Source of the DNA: Candidatus Poribacteria bacterium
GTDB lineage: Bacteria; Poribacteria; WGA-4E; WGA-3G
Reading direction: 5' to 3'
Length of the DNA: 64,000 nucleotides
Assembly (NCBI GenBank): GCA_963665235.2
Contig: CAXXLX010000002.1
Location: forward strand, 416,001-480,000
Shown here piece by piece: positions 10,637 through 20,403 of the stretch (position 1 is its first letter; every line of letters starts with the position of its first letter). Position numbers and translations under genes: made by a program. The notes beneath the pieces were generated by a model. The model searched no databases, had not been told where the DNA came from, and worked only from the letters and a program-made list of their open reading frames with translations.

Positions 10637-10975
10637 CTAAAATCTACTACGAAATCCCATTTTTATCGCGATAATAATAAAAAACACCGTGAGTGCGATT
10701 AAGCCGATTGTGACGAAAATCTTGTACTTAGTGGTATCTTTTCCAGCGAAACTTTTCTTGAGGTTTTCTGTTCGGGTGCTCTGAATCTTTTCGGCGAGAA
10801 GCTGCTTCTCGTTTTGTGTTAACCCCTTCTTTACAACGGGCTGCTCTGTTGAAATCAGTGGAGGCCTCCGGCTTCTTCTCCGCTTCGGCAAAATGAGGGC
10901 AAAAAGCAGGATACACCCGATAAGCGTCATGATGTGGACCGGATATGCCATGAGCAGCTCCAGAACACCTTGCAC
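10637..10975 (-). CDS. Small two-TM membrane protein, paralog of 9975-10340
   Basis: Same conserved block and C-terminal AIKMxFR. Confidence 0.6.
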   Translation of the reverse strand: MQGVLELLMAYPVHIMTLIGCILLFALILPKRRRSRRPPLISTEQPVVKKGLTQNEKQLLAEKIQSTRTENLKKSFAGKDTTKYKIFVTIGLIALTVFFIIIAIKMGFRSRF

Positions 10976-10979
10976 CTCT

Positions 10980-11825
10980 CTATCCCCCTTTGATGATTTT
11001 GGTTATGCCTTCGTTGAGACTTCCGGAGCGATACCCTTGTAGGTCAAGCGTGACATAGAGATATCCGAGTGTTTTAAAGTGGACATTGATTTCATGGCGT
11101 ACGGTTTTTGAGAGTACGCGTGAAATTTCTTCCGCTTCAAGCTCAATGCGGGCGAGGTCACCGTGGTGCCGGACCCGGAATTGACGAATCCCTAAATCGT
11201 AGAGAAATTGCTCGGCAGCGTCTACCTGCCGCAGCAATTCACGGGTGATACGCATGCCGTAGGGAAACCTTGAGGAGAGACAGGCAAAAGCGGGTTTATC
11301 CCAGGTCGGCAGTCCCCACGCTTTTGAAATCTCGCGAATTTCCGCTTTCGTCAAGTTGACATCAATCAAGGGGGCTTGGATTCCCATCTGTTTTGCCGCA
11401 TCCATTCCAGGACGATGGTCACCGATATCGTCCGGAATCGCGCCGTAGACAATTGTCCCCATCTCGTATTTTTCAGCGATGGGACGCAATTTATTAAACA
11501 GCTCTGTTTTACAAAAGTAGCACCGATTGGTAGGGTTGCTCGCGTACCCCTCTAGTTCCAATTCTTCCGTGTGAACTGTTTCAAAGCGGATACCGAGCTG
11601 CTCGGCGATATCTTGCGCAGCTTGCATCTCTCGAATAGGATAGGAATCGGAAATAGCAGTGACAGCAAGGGCGTTATCCCCTAGCGCACGCTGCGCAGCA
11701 TCTGCCAGAAACGTGCTATCAACACCACCGGAAAACGCAACAATTACCTTGCTATAATCGCGTAAACATGCATAGAGCCGGTCCACTTTTGTTTGTAACT
11801 CGAGCGATTCTAAAGGTTTTAACAT
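10980..11825 (-). CDS. larE: ATP-dependent sacrificial sulfur transferase LarE
   Basis: PP-loop AFSGGVDST, NRCYFCK, DHRPG, ACLSSRFPYG, YRSGSLN. Confidence 0.93.
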   Translation of the reverse strand: MLKPLESLELQTKVDRLYACLRDYSKVIVAFSGGVDSTFLADAAQRALGDNALAVTAISDSYPIREMQAAQDIAEQLGIRFETVHTEELELEGYASNPTNRCYFCKTELFNKLRPIAEKYEMGTIVYGAIPDDIGDHRPGMDAAKQMGIQAPLIDVNLTKAEIREISKAWGLPTWDKPAFACLSSRFPYGMRITRELLRQVDAAEQFLYDLGIRQFRVRHHGDLARIELEAEEISRVLSKTVRHEINVHFKTLGYLYVTLDLQGYRSGSLNEGITKIIKGG

Positions 11826-11843
11826 CTGTTCCTGTCCTTAAAG

Positions 11844-12446
11844 TTAATACAACGGGCGCTCGGCTTGTCGTAATTGGTTCAATTCATTACTGAGGAGTTG
11901 TCGTTTTATGCCACTAATCCGATCGATGAAAAGGATGCCGTTGAGATGGTCTATTTCGTGTTGCAGCACACGTGAAAGCAAGCCATCTGCTTCTATGTCA
12001 GCCTGTTCACCGTTGATGTTAAGGGCTCTAACAACAATCTTCTCTGGACGTTTGACAAGTGCTTGTAGGTTCGGTAGACTCAAACATCCCTCTTCCGCTA
12101 CATCCTCTCCTTCAACGCTTAGAATTTCAGGATTGAACAGCATCAACGGTTCATATTCTCTCTCTTCATCGGGCATTAAGGCGATAATGATAAATCGCTT
12201 TAAAACGCCAACCTGTGTTGCTGCAAGTCCGATACCGTTCCCTATAGTGTAGAGGGTCAATAACATGTCATTGGCAAGTTTAATTTCTACGTCAGTGATT
12301 TCCTGAACCGGTTCAGCCTTTTTGCGAAGGACTGGGTCACCGTAATAACGAAGTTGCAACGGGGTAGTCTTCGGTAGGGATAGCTTCTCGTCTACACCTA
12401 CATCCGATACTGACTGATTTTTATGTCTTTTTTTAGGTCTTGACAT
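11844..12446 (-). CDS. def: Peptide deformylase
   Basis: GIGLAATQVG, EGCLS, QHEIDHLNG. Confidence 0.97.
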   Translation of the reverse strand: MSRPKKRHKNQSVSDVGVDEKLSLPKTTPLQLRYYGDPVLRKKAEPVQEITDVEIKLANDMLLTLYTIGNGIGLAATQVGVLKRFIIIALMPDEEREYEPLMLFNPEILSVEGEDVAEEGCLSLPNLQALVKRPEKIVVRALNINGEQADIEADGLLSRVLQHEIDHLNGILFIDRISGIKRQLLSNELNQLRQAERPLY

Positions 12447-12540
12447 GCGTCAAACAGTTCTCCATCTTTTTTTGAAAAATAAAACAGTTTTTAATATCGT
12501 AACATTTTTGACGAATTTTGTCAAGGAAAAAAATATTGTG

Positions 12541-13035
12541 GGGTGCGTAAAGTTTTTGTACAAAACAGGTGTAAATGTTACACTTTTGACACAAAGTGTA
12601 ACATTCAGTTTTGGGTTCTGAACTCCCTTGAACGCAAGCCCTGTCTATGTTTCAAGCGGTTTCGACCCATTTTTTCCCAGCACAAAAAAAACGTGTTGTG
12701 TCATTTCGACTGCCGGTTTTCGGGTATCTGTCCTGCCTACTTTTCTTACCGTTCTGCCCGAAAAATGTTTTGGTTTTCTGTTATATTATACCATTTTTAT
12801 TAATTATTCTATCATTACCGGTTGTTAGAAATGAAACGGAGAACGGAAGACCCAAACTAAAAGTTTATGCTACAAGAAAGCACACAAACTGGAAGTTTAT
12901 GCTACAAAAAACAACACAAACTGGAAGTTTATGCTACAAGAAAGAGACATTTTCAATTAGAAATGGTATTAGTTGCGAACTGTTTGATTTTTCTTCATAA
13001 AAAATATCGCAGCCGTACAAAAACTTTACACACCC
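12541..13035. mobile_element. MITE family D (9-bp TSD, possibly IS256-like), containing a family A MITE
   Basis: TIRs GGGTGCGTAAAGTTTTTGTAC / GTACAAAAACTTTACACACCC; TSD AATATTGTG at 12532-12540 and 13036-13044. Confidence 0.8.
12789..12968. mobile_element. MITE family A, 180 bp, 3 internal 32-bp REP units
   Basis: TIR TACCATTTYTA; TTA TSD; homologous to 37547-37662 and 49254-49657. Confidence 0.85.
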
Positions 13036-13057
13036 AATATTGTGAAGGGGGGCAGAG

Positions 13058-14254
13058 CTAAACCCATCCTGCAGAGATGAGATGGCGAAGTTCAAGGAGC
13101 AAGCTAGGTTGATGCCTTAGCACCGTTTGGAAAATCTTTCCTAACGTTATCTCTTCGCTGGGGAGTTTAGAGAGGACTTCTGCGTATCCATCAAGCGTTT
13201 CGTCTGAAATAAATTTGAAAATACCATCTCGGATGCGACAGATATGCTTAAAATGTCTACCAATTTCACGGTCCCAACGTTTTGGGTATGCGCTGAGAAC
13301 TTTTTCGGAGACATCCCCGTTACGAATACCAGCCAGTGCAGCTTCAGCAGCGAACTTTCCCGAGTACATCGCGTTAGGAATACCGCCGCCAGATACCGGG
13401 TCGCTGTGATGTGCCGCGTCCCCAACGAGCAGAATGCCGTCTCGGACAATCCGCGGCAAACCCTCTCCAACTGGCACTGCACCGCCCACTAATCCTAAAA
13501 TTCTACCTTCAGGAAACTTCCGTTTGACGAACGCGTTCAGGTAATCTATGGCGAGTTTACCCCCTTTGCCCGAAATATTCGCACGAATGCCAACCCCAAC
13601 GTTAGCAATGTCATCCCCTTTTGGAAACACCCAAACGTACCCAAGCGGGGCAACGTCGCGTCCGAAGTAAAAATCACAACACTCCGGTATAATATCAATG
13701 TTTGACATGAGATATTGAGCACAGGGGCCGATATCGCGTAGTTGGTGGGTTGTATCGATACCTGCCCATCGTCCCACCTGGGATTCAACGCCATCCGCCG
13801 CAATAACCACCTTCGTTTTGCTAGTGTACTCGCGGCCTGAATAACGGAACACGACACCGTTCACAGCTCCGTCATCAGCGGTTGTGACATTTGTGACACG
13901 TGCTTTCACCATTAACTCAGCCCCAGCATCTGCTGCCATCTCCGCAAGCCGGCGGTCGAACACTTTCCGCTCTAGCACATAGCCTGCGTCTGGACAATCA
14001 ATTGTGACAGCAGTCTCGTTGGGTGAGATGATACGTGCGCTGCTTATGCCACAGGATATCCAGGCTGCTTCGGGCTCAATAAATTCGCGCAGAGCCTCTG
14101 CGCTAATACCCTCCGCTCAGCGGAGCGGCACACCTATTTCTTGGCGTTTCTCTAGCAGCAGCACCCGCAATCCGTTTTCAGCGGCAACCTTTGCAGCGAT
14201 GGAGCCTCCTGGGCCCGCGCCAACAACAATGACATCGTATTCCGCATGTAGCAT
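13058..14254 (-). CDS. Geranylgeranyl reductase (DGGR-like FAD oxidoreductase), probable selenoprotein with Sec46, 398 aa
   Basis: [18 protein letters not shown] Rossmann start is in frame with ORF 13058-13978; single in-frame TGA (14117-14119) in GVPLR*AEGIS; YVWVFPK, VGDAA and PVSGGGI motifs. Confidence 0.85.
14087..14103 (-). promoter_or_regulatory. Bacterial SECIS-like hairpin
   Basis: GCGCAGA-GGC-TCTGCGC; G-starting apical loop 20 nt after the in-frame UGA. Confidence 0.7.
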
Positions 14255-14299
14255 TTATCACTTCTCCACAAGTTAATATTAGGGGACGCAGCAGGGTCT

Positions 14300-14518
14300 T
14301 CAGAAAAGGCCTCGGTCCGGATAATCGGGATAGTAAATCTTGCCTTTGCGTTCCATGGAGAGCACACCGATTGGACATCCCTTGACACATTTCATACAAT
14401 CGGTGCACTTCGGTTGGTCAATTTTCAGATGCGTGTCTATCAGGTCAATGATATTTTCGGGGCAGACAGCGACGCATGCGCCGCAATAGACACAGAGCTC
14501 TTCGTTAATATGAATCAT
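14300..14518 (-). CDS. 2x[4Fe-4S] ferredoxin
   Basis: CVYCGACVAVCP and CTDCMKCVKGCP. Confidence 0.93.
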   Translation of the reverse strand: MIHINEELCVYCGACVAVCPENIIDLIDTHLKIDQPKCTDCMKCVKGCPIGVLSMERKGKIYYPDYPDRGLF

Positions 14519-14631
14519 AGTCGGTTTCTCGTTGTTTCATAAGGATATTTTATTAAAAATCAGATATAAACGTTGGACTTGTATAAATAATACCGTATCT
14601 TACAAAAAAAGTCAAGGAAAAATAGCACAGA

Positions 14632-16254
14632 TTAAGGAGCCTTCAGGAGATAGAGGTGGAAACCTTCATCCCCAATCGTTGAACCTGTAAACTGTGCTAA
14701 CAGTGTGAGACCATATTGCTCAAGCAGCTGGGAGTCTAAAGCACGATTCAAAATAATTAGCACGTCTTCGCCGTTTTGTCCGCTTAGGGTTTCAGCTTCT
14801 TGGATAATACCTTCGTTGGAAACGCCGTGTGTTCTCGCTCTGTCCCATCTGACAAATGACCCGAATCGGCTGCCTTTCGGATAATAAATCTGCTTCTTCT
14901 CTAGATATCCGACAACAGTGCTAACAGCAAAATCTGTGTCGCCGACCATCAGCATGTCTTGCCTGCCTTGTGCCCGAATATATTCAGCGGTCCGTTTTCC
15001 ATTAGAGAAAATCTCGAGGATATCCATACTGATAGCGTTGACGCTGCCGAAAAAATGAAAAAGGAGAATGACAGCAAAAATCGGGCTAAAGAGCCGTTGT
15101 GCGAATTCACTGAGTCGGTTGAAGGGTAGGTTTATTTCGGGGCAGTCATAGTAAATCCAACTCGCCGCCACAAATGTGATAAACAGGAAACCGTGATGCC
15201 GTATGCTGCCTCCATACTTGACGTAGAAGAAGGCGAGAAGTCCAATTGTGGCTATCAGATAGGTAAAAAGCGCAGTCGGACGTTTCAAAAATCGGAGGAC
15301 ACACCACACTATAATGAGACAACAGAGCGGAAACCGAATTAATTGAAAGAGGGCAATACTATTAAGCCAATTGCTACCCCAAAACCCTCTCACTGTATGC
15401 GGCACAGGGAAGAAAGGATTGGACATCAGACGGATAATCTGTTTCACACGTTGTCCGTCGAACCTAAAGTTCCAGCCGACAGCAAACCCGGTATCCGCAG
15501 GGGGATTGAGTTGCAAGACGGCTGTTACGATGCCGATGCCGATGAGTATAAATCCGAGCCAGATGCGTCTTCTCCCCTCGGTAAGCAGCTCATGTGCATC
15601 CCCCGCCTTGCAGCAGTAGAAATAGAGGTATTCTACCATGAGAGCAACCCCGATAGCGATGGTCACGATAAGGGCATGTACGCTTGTGTGGGCAAGTAGA
15701 ATTAAGACAATCCCTATCCATACAAATCGTTTATACCGTTCCCTGAAGAGGACGCAGAAAATAGTTATGAGAAGTAAACCGAGGGCATAATTTCGGGCGA
15801 CAATCGCATATTCATAGAGTGCAAAATAACCGAAACAGAAGAGAAGTTTGTGTAACCAATGAAACGGTGCGAAACGTGTAAATAGGAAAACTGTTGCAGC
15901 AGCAATTAGCAGGTGAAACGCCTGCATCATGACAGGTGAGGCACTGATACGGCTGAGTGGCATCAAACAGATATGCCATAAGGCGGGATGCCCTTCATAT
16001 TTCATATTTGCCAGAAGCTCAGAGAGAGACGCGCTATCTCTCGCGAGGAGCCACGCCTGAATTTCGTCTCGCCACATCTCATGGTGTGCCGCTGCGTACC
16101 CGCCGACAAGCAGAAAAAGAGCGGTCATCCCGATGGCGTAGTAGAAATCCTTTTTTGCGGACAGGTTTGACTGTACAGATTGTAGCAATTGAGAAAAATT
16201 TTGGAGGGTCATTGAGTGTTCTATTGCGTCCCTAAACTGGAAATGGGTATCCAT
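14632..16254 (-). CDS. Polytopic membrane protein, GT-C glycosyltransferase-like
   Basis: About 12 TM segments; HHEMWRDEIQAW, YEGHPALW and ARNYAL motifs. Confidence 0.6.
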   Translation of the reverse strand: MDTHFQFRDAIEHSMTLQNFSQLLQSVQSNLSAKKDFYYAIGMTALFLLVGGYAAAHHEMWRDEIQAWLLARDSASLSELLANMKYEGHPALWHICLMPLSRISASPVMMQAFHLLIAAATVFLFTRFAPFHWLHKLLFCFGYFALYEYAIVARNYALGLLLITIFCVLFRERYKRFVWIGIVLILLAHTSVHALIVTIAIGVALMVEYLYFYCCKAGDAHELLTEGRRRIWLGFILIGIGIVTAVLQLNPPADTGFAVGWNFRFDGQRVKQIIRLMSNPFFPVPHTVRGFWGSNWLNSIALFQLIRFPLCCLIIVWCVLRFLKRPTALFTYLIATIGLLAFFYVKYGGSIRHHGFLFITFVAASWIYYDCPEINLPFNRLSEFAQRLFSPIFAVILLFHFFGSVNAISMDILEIFSNGKRTAEYIRAQGRQDMLMVGDTDFAVSTVVGYLEKKQIYYPKGSRFGSFVRWDRARTHGVSNEGIIQEAETLSGQNGEDVLIILNRALDSQLLEQYGLTLLAQFTGSTIGDEGFHLYLLKAP

Positions 16255-17297
16255 AATCCGCCGGTGCTGCGTGCGATAAATTTTTGGAACGGTTCATTAC
16301 GGCCGATAACATCCACCTGGATTTTGGCATCTTTTATTTTATTGTACACGTCGTTTGCAGCGTAAGACCCGCTGACATATTCGTCGGTGACTAAGATGAA
16401 ATGGAGTTTTGCATTTTGCCGTGGGGTGATTTCGTCAGCAGCTCGGACGAGGGCATCCATGGTTTTTTCGCCGCCGCGGCATTTCACTCTTGCAAGACTC
16501 CGTTTGATTTTTGCGACAGAACGGGTTTGCGGAATAACCTCAAAATCCCAACCCAGCATAGCGAACGCGGTACTATCCCGAAAAATCACGACACCGAGTG
16601 TAAAATCAAGCTCGGCTTCCTCAAATAGGTCGGTCATTTTATTCAGATAATCGCGGATTGCGTTAATATTATCTTTCATACTACCGCTGGCATCAATAAC
16701 GAAAACGATATCGGCGACCCCGGTGGTGTTGTTGGCTAAAATACGTTCTCCGATTCGCACCAATGCTATATCAGGCAGCATAAGTTCGCCTATATCTGGA
16801 AGGATATCCTCGACAGGGGGTTTAACCATCTGAAGTGTAACGCTAGGCCGATAAATCTTTTTTGGCACAAATTCACCTGTGCCTGATTCGCCACCGGCAG
16901 ACTCACTGGTTATGCTGGCCCCAGTACTTACCCCGGGTTTGCCAATCTCTGATACGCGCGGCGCGGGGAGCGTGAATCTTTGCTGTGGAAGCTCCGGATT
17001 TTCATGTGTGAAAGGGACGGTCGCTGGTGGGAGCGGAACCGGCTGAGCCACTGCTACCTGCCGCTGCCCGCGTTTCATTTTTACCGGCACTACTTCCGGC
17101 AGCGGACGCGGGTTATGCTTCGGAGTGAGTTTGGTGCGACGCTTCGGATAAATCTTTGTGATGTCAACGTGTGTCGTCCCTTCTTCCGGGCCAGGGTTCT
17201 TTTGCTGACTAGCCACCAATACAAACATCAGAACGATATGAAGAATAAACGAGAGCATAAGTGCAATTCGGGTGGATTTTCCAAATCTGTGTTTCAT
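16221..17297 (-). CDS. Membrane-anchored VWA domain protein with Pro-rich linker
   Basis: N-terminal TM (SFILH); MIDAS DIVFVIDASGSM; ILVTDE. Confidence 0.85.
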   Translation of the reverse strand: MKHRFGKSTRIALMLSFILHIVLMFVLVASQQKNPGPEEGTTHVDITKIYPKRRTKLTPKHNPRPLPEVVPVKMKRGQRQVAVAQPVPLPPATVPFTHENPELPQQRFTLPAPRVSEIGKPGVSTGASITSESAGGESGTGEFVPKKIYRPSVTLQMVKPPVEDILPDIGELMLPDIALVRIGERILANNTTGVADIVFVIDASGSMKDNINAIRDYLNKMTDLFEEAELDFTLGVVIFRDSTAFAMLGWDFEVIPQTRSVAKIKRSLARVKCRGGEKTMDALVRAADEITPRQNAKLHFILVTDEYVSGSYAANDVYNKIKDAKIQVDVIGRNEPFQKFIARSTGGLWIPISSLGTQ

Positions 17298-17438
17298 GGT
17301 TATGCATCCCCCTTAATAGATATGATTTACGCAATTCCTTTTATCCGAGTCTTTTGGAGAAAATCTAAAAACGTGTCTTTTTACCATTATAGCATAATTG
17401 ACAGCAAAAAGCAAAAAAGGGCAGAAATCAGCTTTAGA

Positions 17439-17477
17439 AAAAAAAGTGTTGACAAAAAAACTTAAGTTTGGTATTAT
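17439..17477 (+). repeat. 39-bp direct repeat, copy 1 (sigma70 promoter)
   Basis: AAAAAAAGTGTTGACAAAAAAACTTAAGTTTGGTATTAT; one mismatch to 20404-20442; TTGACA-17-TATTAT. Confidence 0.85.
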
Positions 17478-18881
17478 CAACGTTCCGCTACAAAACCCAA
17501 TCCTTCAGGTTTGGGATGTAGTAGCGGTGCATGAGTTGAAGTTTTAATTTGACTTTCTGACAAAAATGTGGTATAATAGGGACAGCCCCTAACACAAAAT
17601 ATGTCCAAGGAAACAAAGGTGTGTAGTGCGAAACACAAAACACAAACTCTTTCATGATAAGACCTTAAAGCGTCTGCATGACGAGCTTAATATCTGTGGT
17701 GTTGTTCGAAATCACTTCATCGCCTTGTCTATGCGATATTACCGTCGGTATGGTAAAGGTTTGTCGTATTCTAAAATGTCTGCTCATTTAACGAAGCTGA
17801 AGCAACTGAAGAAGTATGCCCATTGGAATATTCCGTATTCCTGGTCGTTACAAAATGTAGTTAAACGCCTTGCTCAATCGTTTAGAGAGATGCGGACGCA
17901 CAAACGCGGGCACCCCCAATTTAAGAAATGCCAAAAGCACAAAGGCATGACGTTTCGCGGTGAGCAAGTTCGTATAGAGAAGTTGCTTGACCAACAAAAG
18001 TATCACAGAAACCACCCAACCTATAGCATTCGCCTAAATGGGGGTTGGTATCGTTTTGCTTTGCATCGCGAGATACAAGGTGAAATCAAAGAAGTTCACG
18101 TCACACGTGACGCACTCGGAGCCATCTATATCACAGTCACTGAAGACTATAACGAAGTCATACCCGAACCTAAGACGGGTAAAGCCGAAGGGTTTGATTT
18201 TGGTATCAAAGACTTCTTGACTAGCAGTGACGCGAAACGATATAGTTCTCCGATGTTCTACCAACAGAATGCTAAAGACCTTGTGTTCGCCCAACGTGAT
18301 TTGTCTCGTAAGGTTACAGGTTCTAACAACCAAGAGCGTGCTAAAAAACGAGTTGCACGTATACACAAGAAAACAAAGACTCAGAGAACAGACCACCATT
18401 GGAAACTTGCTATTGACCTCTGTCGGCAGTTTGATATTCTGTTCTTTGAAGACCTAAATCTTAATGGTATGAAACAGATTTTAGGGAAACAAGTATCGGA
18501 CCTTGCTTTTGGTGAGTTCCTGCAAAAACTTAAACACCAAGCTAAAAAGCGGATCCGCTTTGTGCTAAAGATTGGACGCTTTTTCCCTACAACAAAGGTC
18601 TGTTCTGTTTGCGGACATAAAAACGAAACAATCACATTAGCAGATAGAAAATGGACTTGTCCAAGTTGTTTGACGCACCTTGACCGAGACCATAACGCTG
18701 CTATCAACATTCTAAAGGAAGGGGTAGCTTCCTTTGGCTTAGGAGTCGTCAGACCTATAGTTTTGTCTAACAAGATTGTGGGCTGCTCCGTTGAAGCTTC
18801 TAGTCGGCTTCTGAAATCCACAAATGCTTTCGTCTAAAAATTGTGACGGAAGCCCCCATGCTTTAGCTGGGGGTCTATCAC
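17478..18881 (+). mobile_element. tnpB-only IS200/IS605-family element (IS1341-like)
   Basis: Starts after TTAT; left-end hairpin CCCAATCCTTCAGGTTTGGG; internal TTGACT-17-TATAAT promoter; right end GAAGCCCCCATGCTTTAGCTGGGGGTCTATCAC. Confidence 0.85.
17626..18837 (+). CDS. tnpB: RNA-guided endonuclease TnpB
   Basis: RuvC motifs GFDFGIK, FFEDLN, DRDHNAAINI; zinc finger CSVC...CPSC. Confidence 0.95.
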   Translation: MRNTKHKLFHDKTLKRLHDELNICGVVRNHFIALSMRYYRRYGKGLSYSKMSAHLTKLKQLKKYAHWNIPYSWSLQNVVKRLAQSFREMRTHKRGHPQFKKCQKHKGMTFRGEQVRIEKLLDQQKYHRNHPTYSIRLNGGWYRFALHREIQGEIKEVHVTRDALGAIYITVTEDYNEVIPEPKTGKAEGFDFGIKDFLTSSDAKRYSSPMFYQQNAKDLVFAQRDLSRKVTGSNNQERAKKRVARIHKKTKTQRTDHHWKLAIDLCRQFDILFFEDLNLNGMKQILGKQVSDLAFGEFLQKLKHQAKKRIRFVLKIGRFFPTTKVCSVCGHKNETITLADRKWTCPSCLTHLDRDHNAAINILKEGVASFGLGVVRPIVLSNKIVGCSVEASSRLLKSTNAFV

Positions 18882-19092
18882 CAGGCTGGACATTAACGAG
18901 CCATATCTTGCCCGAAAATCTTGTTTTCCAACTTGTGATTGGAGCAATTAACCTTATCTGTAGGTGTCTGATGCTATTAATGTTTACTACCACGGCAGGC
19001 CGGATTTTCTGAATCTCTGTACCAATAGTCGGATCGAAGTCTACATCCCAAACTTCTCCCCGACGCGGATTAGGGAATATCGTACTCGACAA
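18882..19092 (-). pseudogene. mazF: PemK/MazF toxin truncated by the IS right end
   Basis: RRGEVWDVDFDPTIGTEIQKIRPAVVV...IAPITSW; similarity stops at VNVQP exactly at the TCAC junction. Confidence 0.85.
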
Positions 19093-20272
19093 TGGGACCT
19101 CCTTCCCACTCCTGCCACTCCGTATCGTGCTCGTAGAAATCTGCCATTTCCTTCGCTTGTTCGCTCAGGATACGGTCTCTCTCTTTCTTTGGCAACGCTA
19201 AGAATTGACCACGTTCACTCAATGATGGGTTAGTAGGTAGTTCTATCGCGTTATTAAGGAGTTGTTTGGCTTCTGTTTCGCTTATGAACTCCTCTGAAAG
19301 TGCTCGGAGCACCTGCTGGTGAAATCGCTCTGGTTTTTCAGGGAGTATCTCAATCGGTTCATGCTCTTTCCAACCGAATTTATTGATTTGAATGTCCCAC
19401 TTCTTATGGTAAGCGTCAGTAATAATTTCCAAATCTCTCAGCCGAAACAGTATTGCCTGAATGCTCATACCATAACGTTTTTTGAGATAGAAAAGTTCAT
19501 TTTTTTCAATGCGGCTCCGCTTTTCACCAACGTCGCGATACAGCTGTTCCGCGGGCGCAAGAAAAGCACCACCGAACCGAAAAGCAGCTTTTTCTGGATC
19601 AACGTCGTTGTGTAAATCTAAAACGAGATGTCCAAGCTCATGAGTGATATTGAGTCGCTGCCGGTCCCCCGGGACACCGTGGCGCGTTGCAATTGCTGCC
19701 GCAAGTAGATTGCCGTTGGCATCCCGTGCTACGGCAGAAATGCCATCAAACGTTTTACTTGCTTCCACCTCAATGATGTGAATGTAATGTGCTTCAAGTA
19801 CACCGGTAAGGTTTGCAATTGGATCGATACCTAAATTCAACGTATTGCGCAGCGCGAGGGCAGCGTTCTCGGCATCATTCAAATTGCGTACAGCAGCACT
19901 GAGTAGCGGAAACTCAGGGATGTCTCCTTCACAAATGTGCTCCTGCAACTGAACCCGTTTCTCAAATTCTTCTGCTACAAAACCCTGTATCCGTTTTTGC
20001 TCTCTTTTACCCAAACGAGCATGCTTCCGGAAGGCAATCCACTCAACGTGACATGGCGGCTCACCCCACAATTGGGCGGACTTAATTCCAAGGGCGGAAG
20101 CAATTCGATTGAGGACTCTCGCTGTCGGTTGAAGCTGCCCATGCTCATATTTTGACAGGGTTTGTGTGCTCATCGGTCCCTCAATCGCAGCCGCCAGAGC
20201 ATTCAGTGACATACCCCGAGCAAGTCTAAATCTTCTCAGACGTTCTCCTAACACGATTATAACCCCCCTCAT
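19070..20272 (-). CDS. XRE HTH plus ImmA/IrrE metallopeptidase with C-terminal extension
   Basis: GERLRRFR...TLSKYEHG HTH; THELGH zinc motif; overlaps the mazF start. Confidence 0.88.
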   Translation of the reverse strand: MRGVIIVLGERLRRFRLARGMSLNALAAAIEGPMSTQTLSKYEHGQLQPTARVLNRIASALGIKSAQLWGEPPCHVEWIAFRKHARLGKREQKRIQGFVAEEFEKRVQLQEHICEGDIPEFPLLSAAVRNLNDAENAALALRNTLNLGIDPIANLTGVLEAHYIHIIEVEASKTFDGISAVARDANGNLLAAAIATRHGVPGDRQRLNITHELGHLVLDLHNDVDPEKAAFRFGGAFLAPAEQLYRDVGEKRSRIEKNELFYLKKRYGMSIQAILFRLRDLEIITDAYHKKWDIQINKFGWKEHEPIEILPEKPERFHQQVLRALSEEFISETEAKQLLNNAIELPTNPSLSERGQFLALPKKERDRILSEQAKEMADFYEHDTEWQEWEGGPIVEYDIP

Positions 20273-20403
20273 CCATTTTTGAGAAAACTTGTTAAAACCG
20301 TGAATTCGGTCTCACATTCCATAATAAATTCTATCATGCTTTTGATTATATCATTTTATGTCAGGTAACTCAAGTTATTTTTCGAGATATAGACCAATTT
20401 TTT

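Noticed and set aside
12543-13061. ORFs across MITEs (also 31887-32456, 37368-37586, 49536-49802)
   Set aside because: Translations of repeated non-coding elements; the same peptides recur wherever the MITE recurs
14279-14302. UGA readthrough of the ferredoxin adding U-RPCCVP
   Set aside because: Both cluster motifs are complete before the stop and I see no SECIS-like hairpin after it
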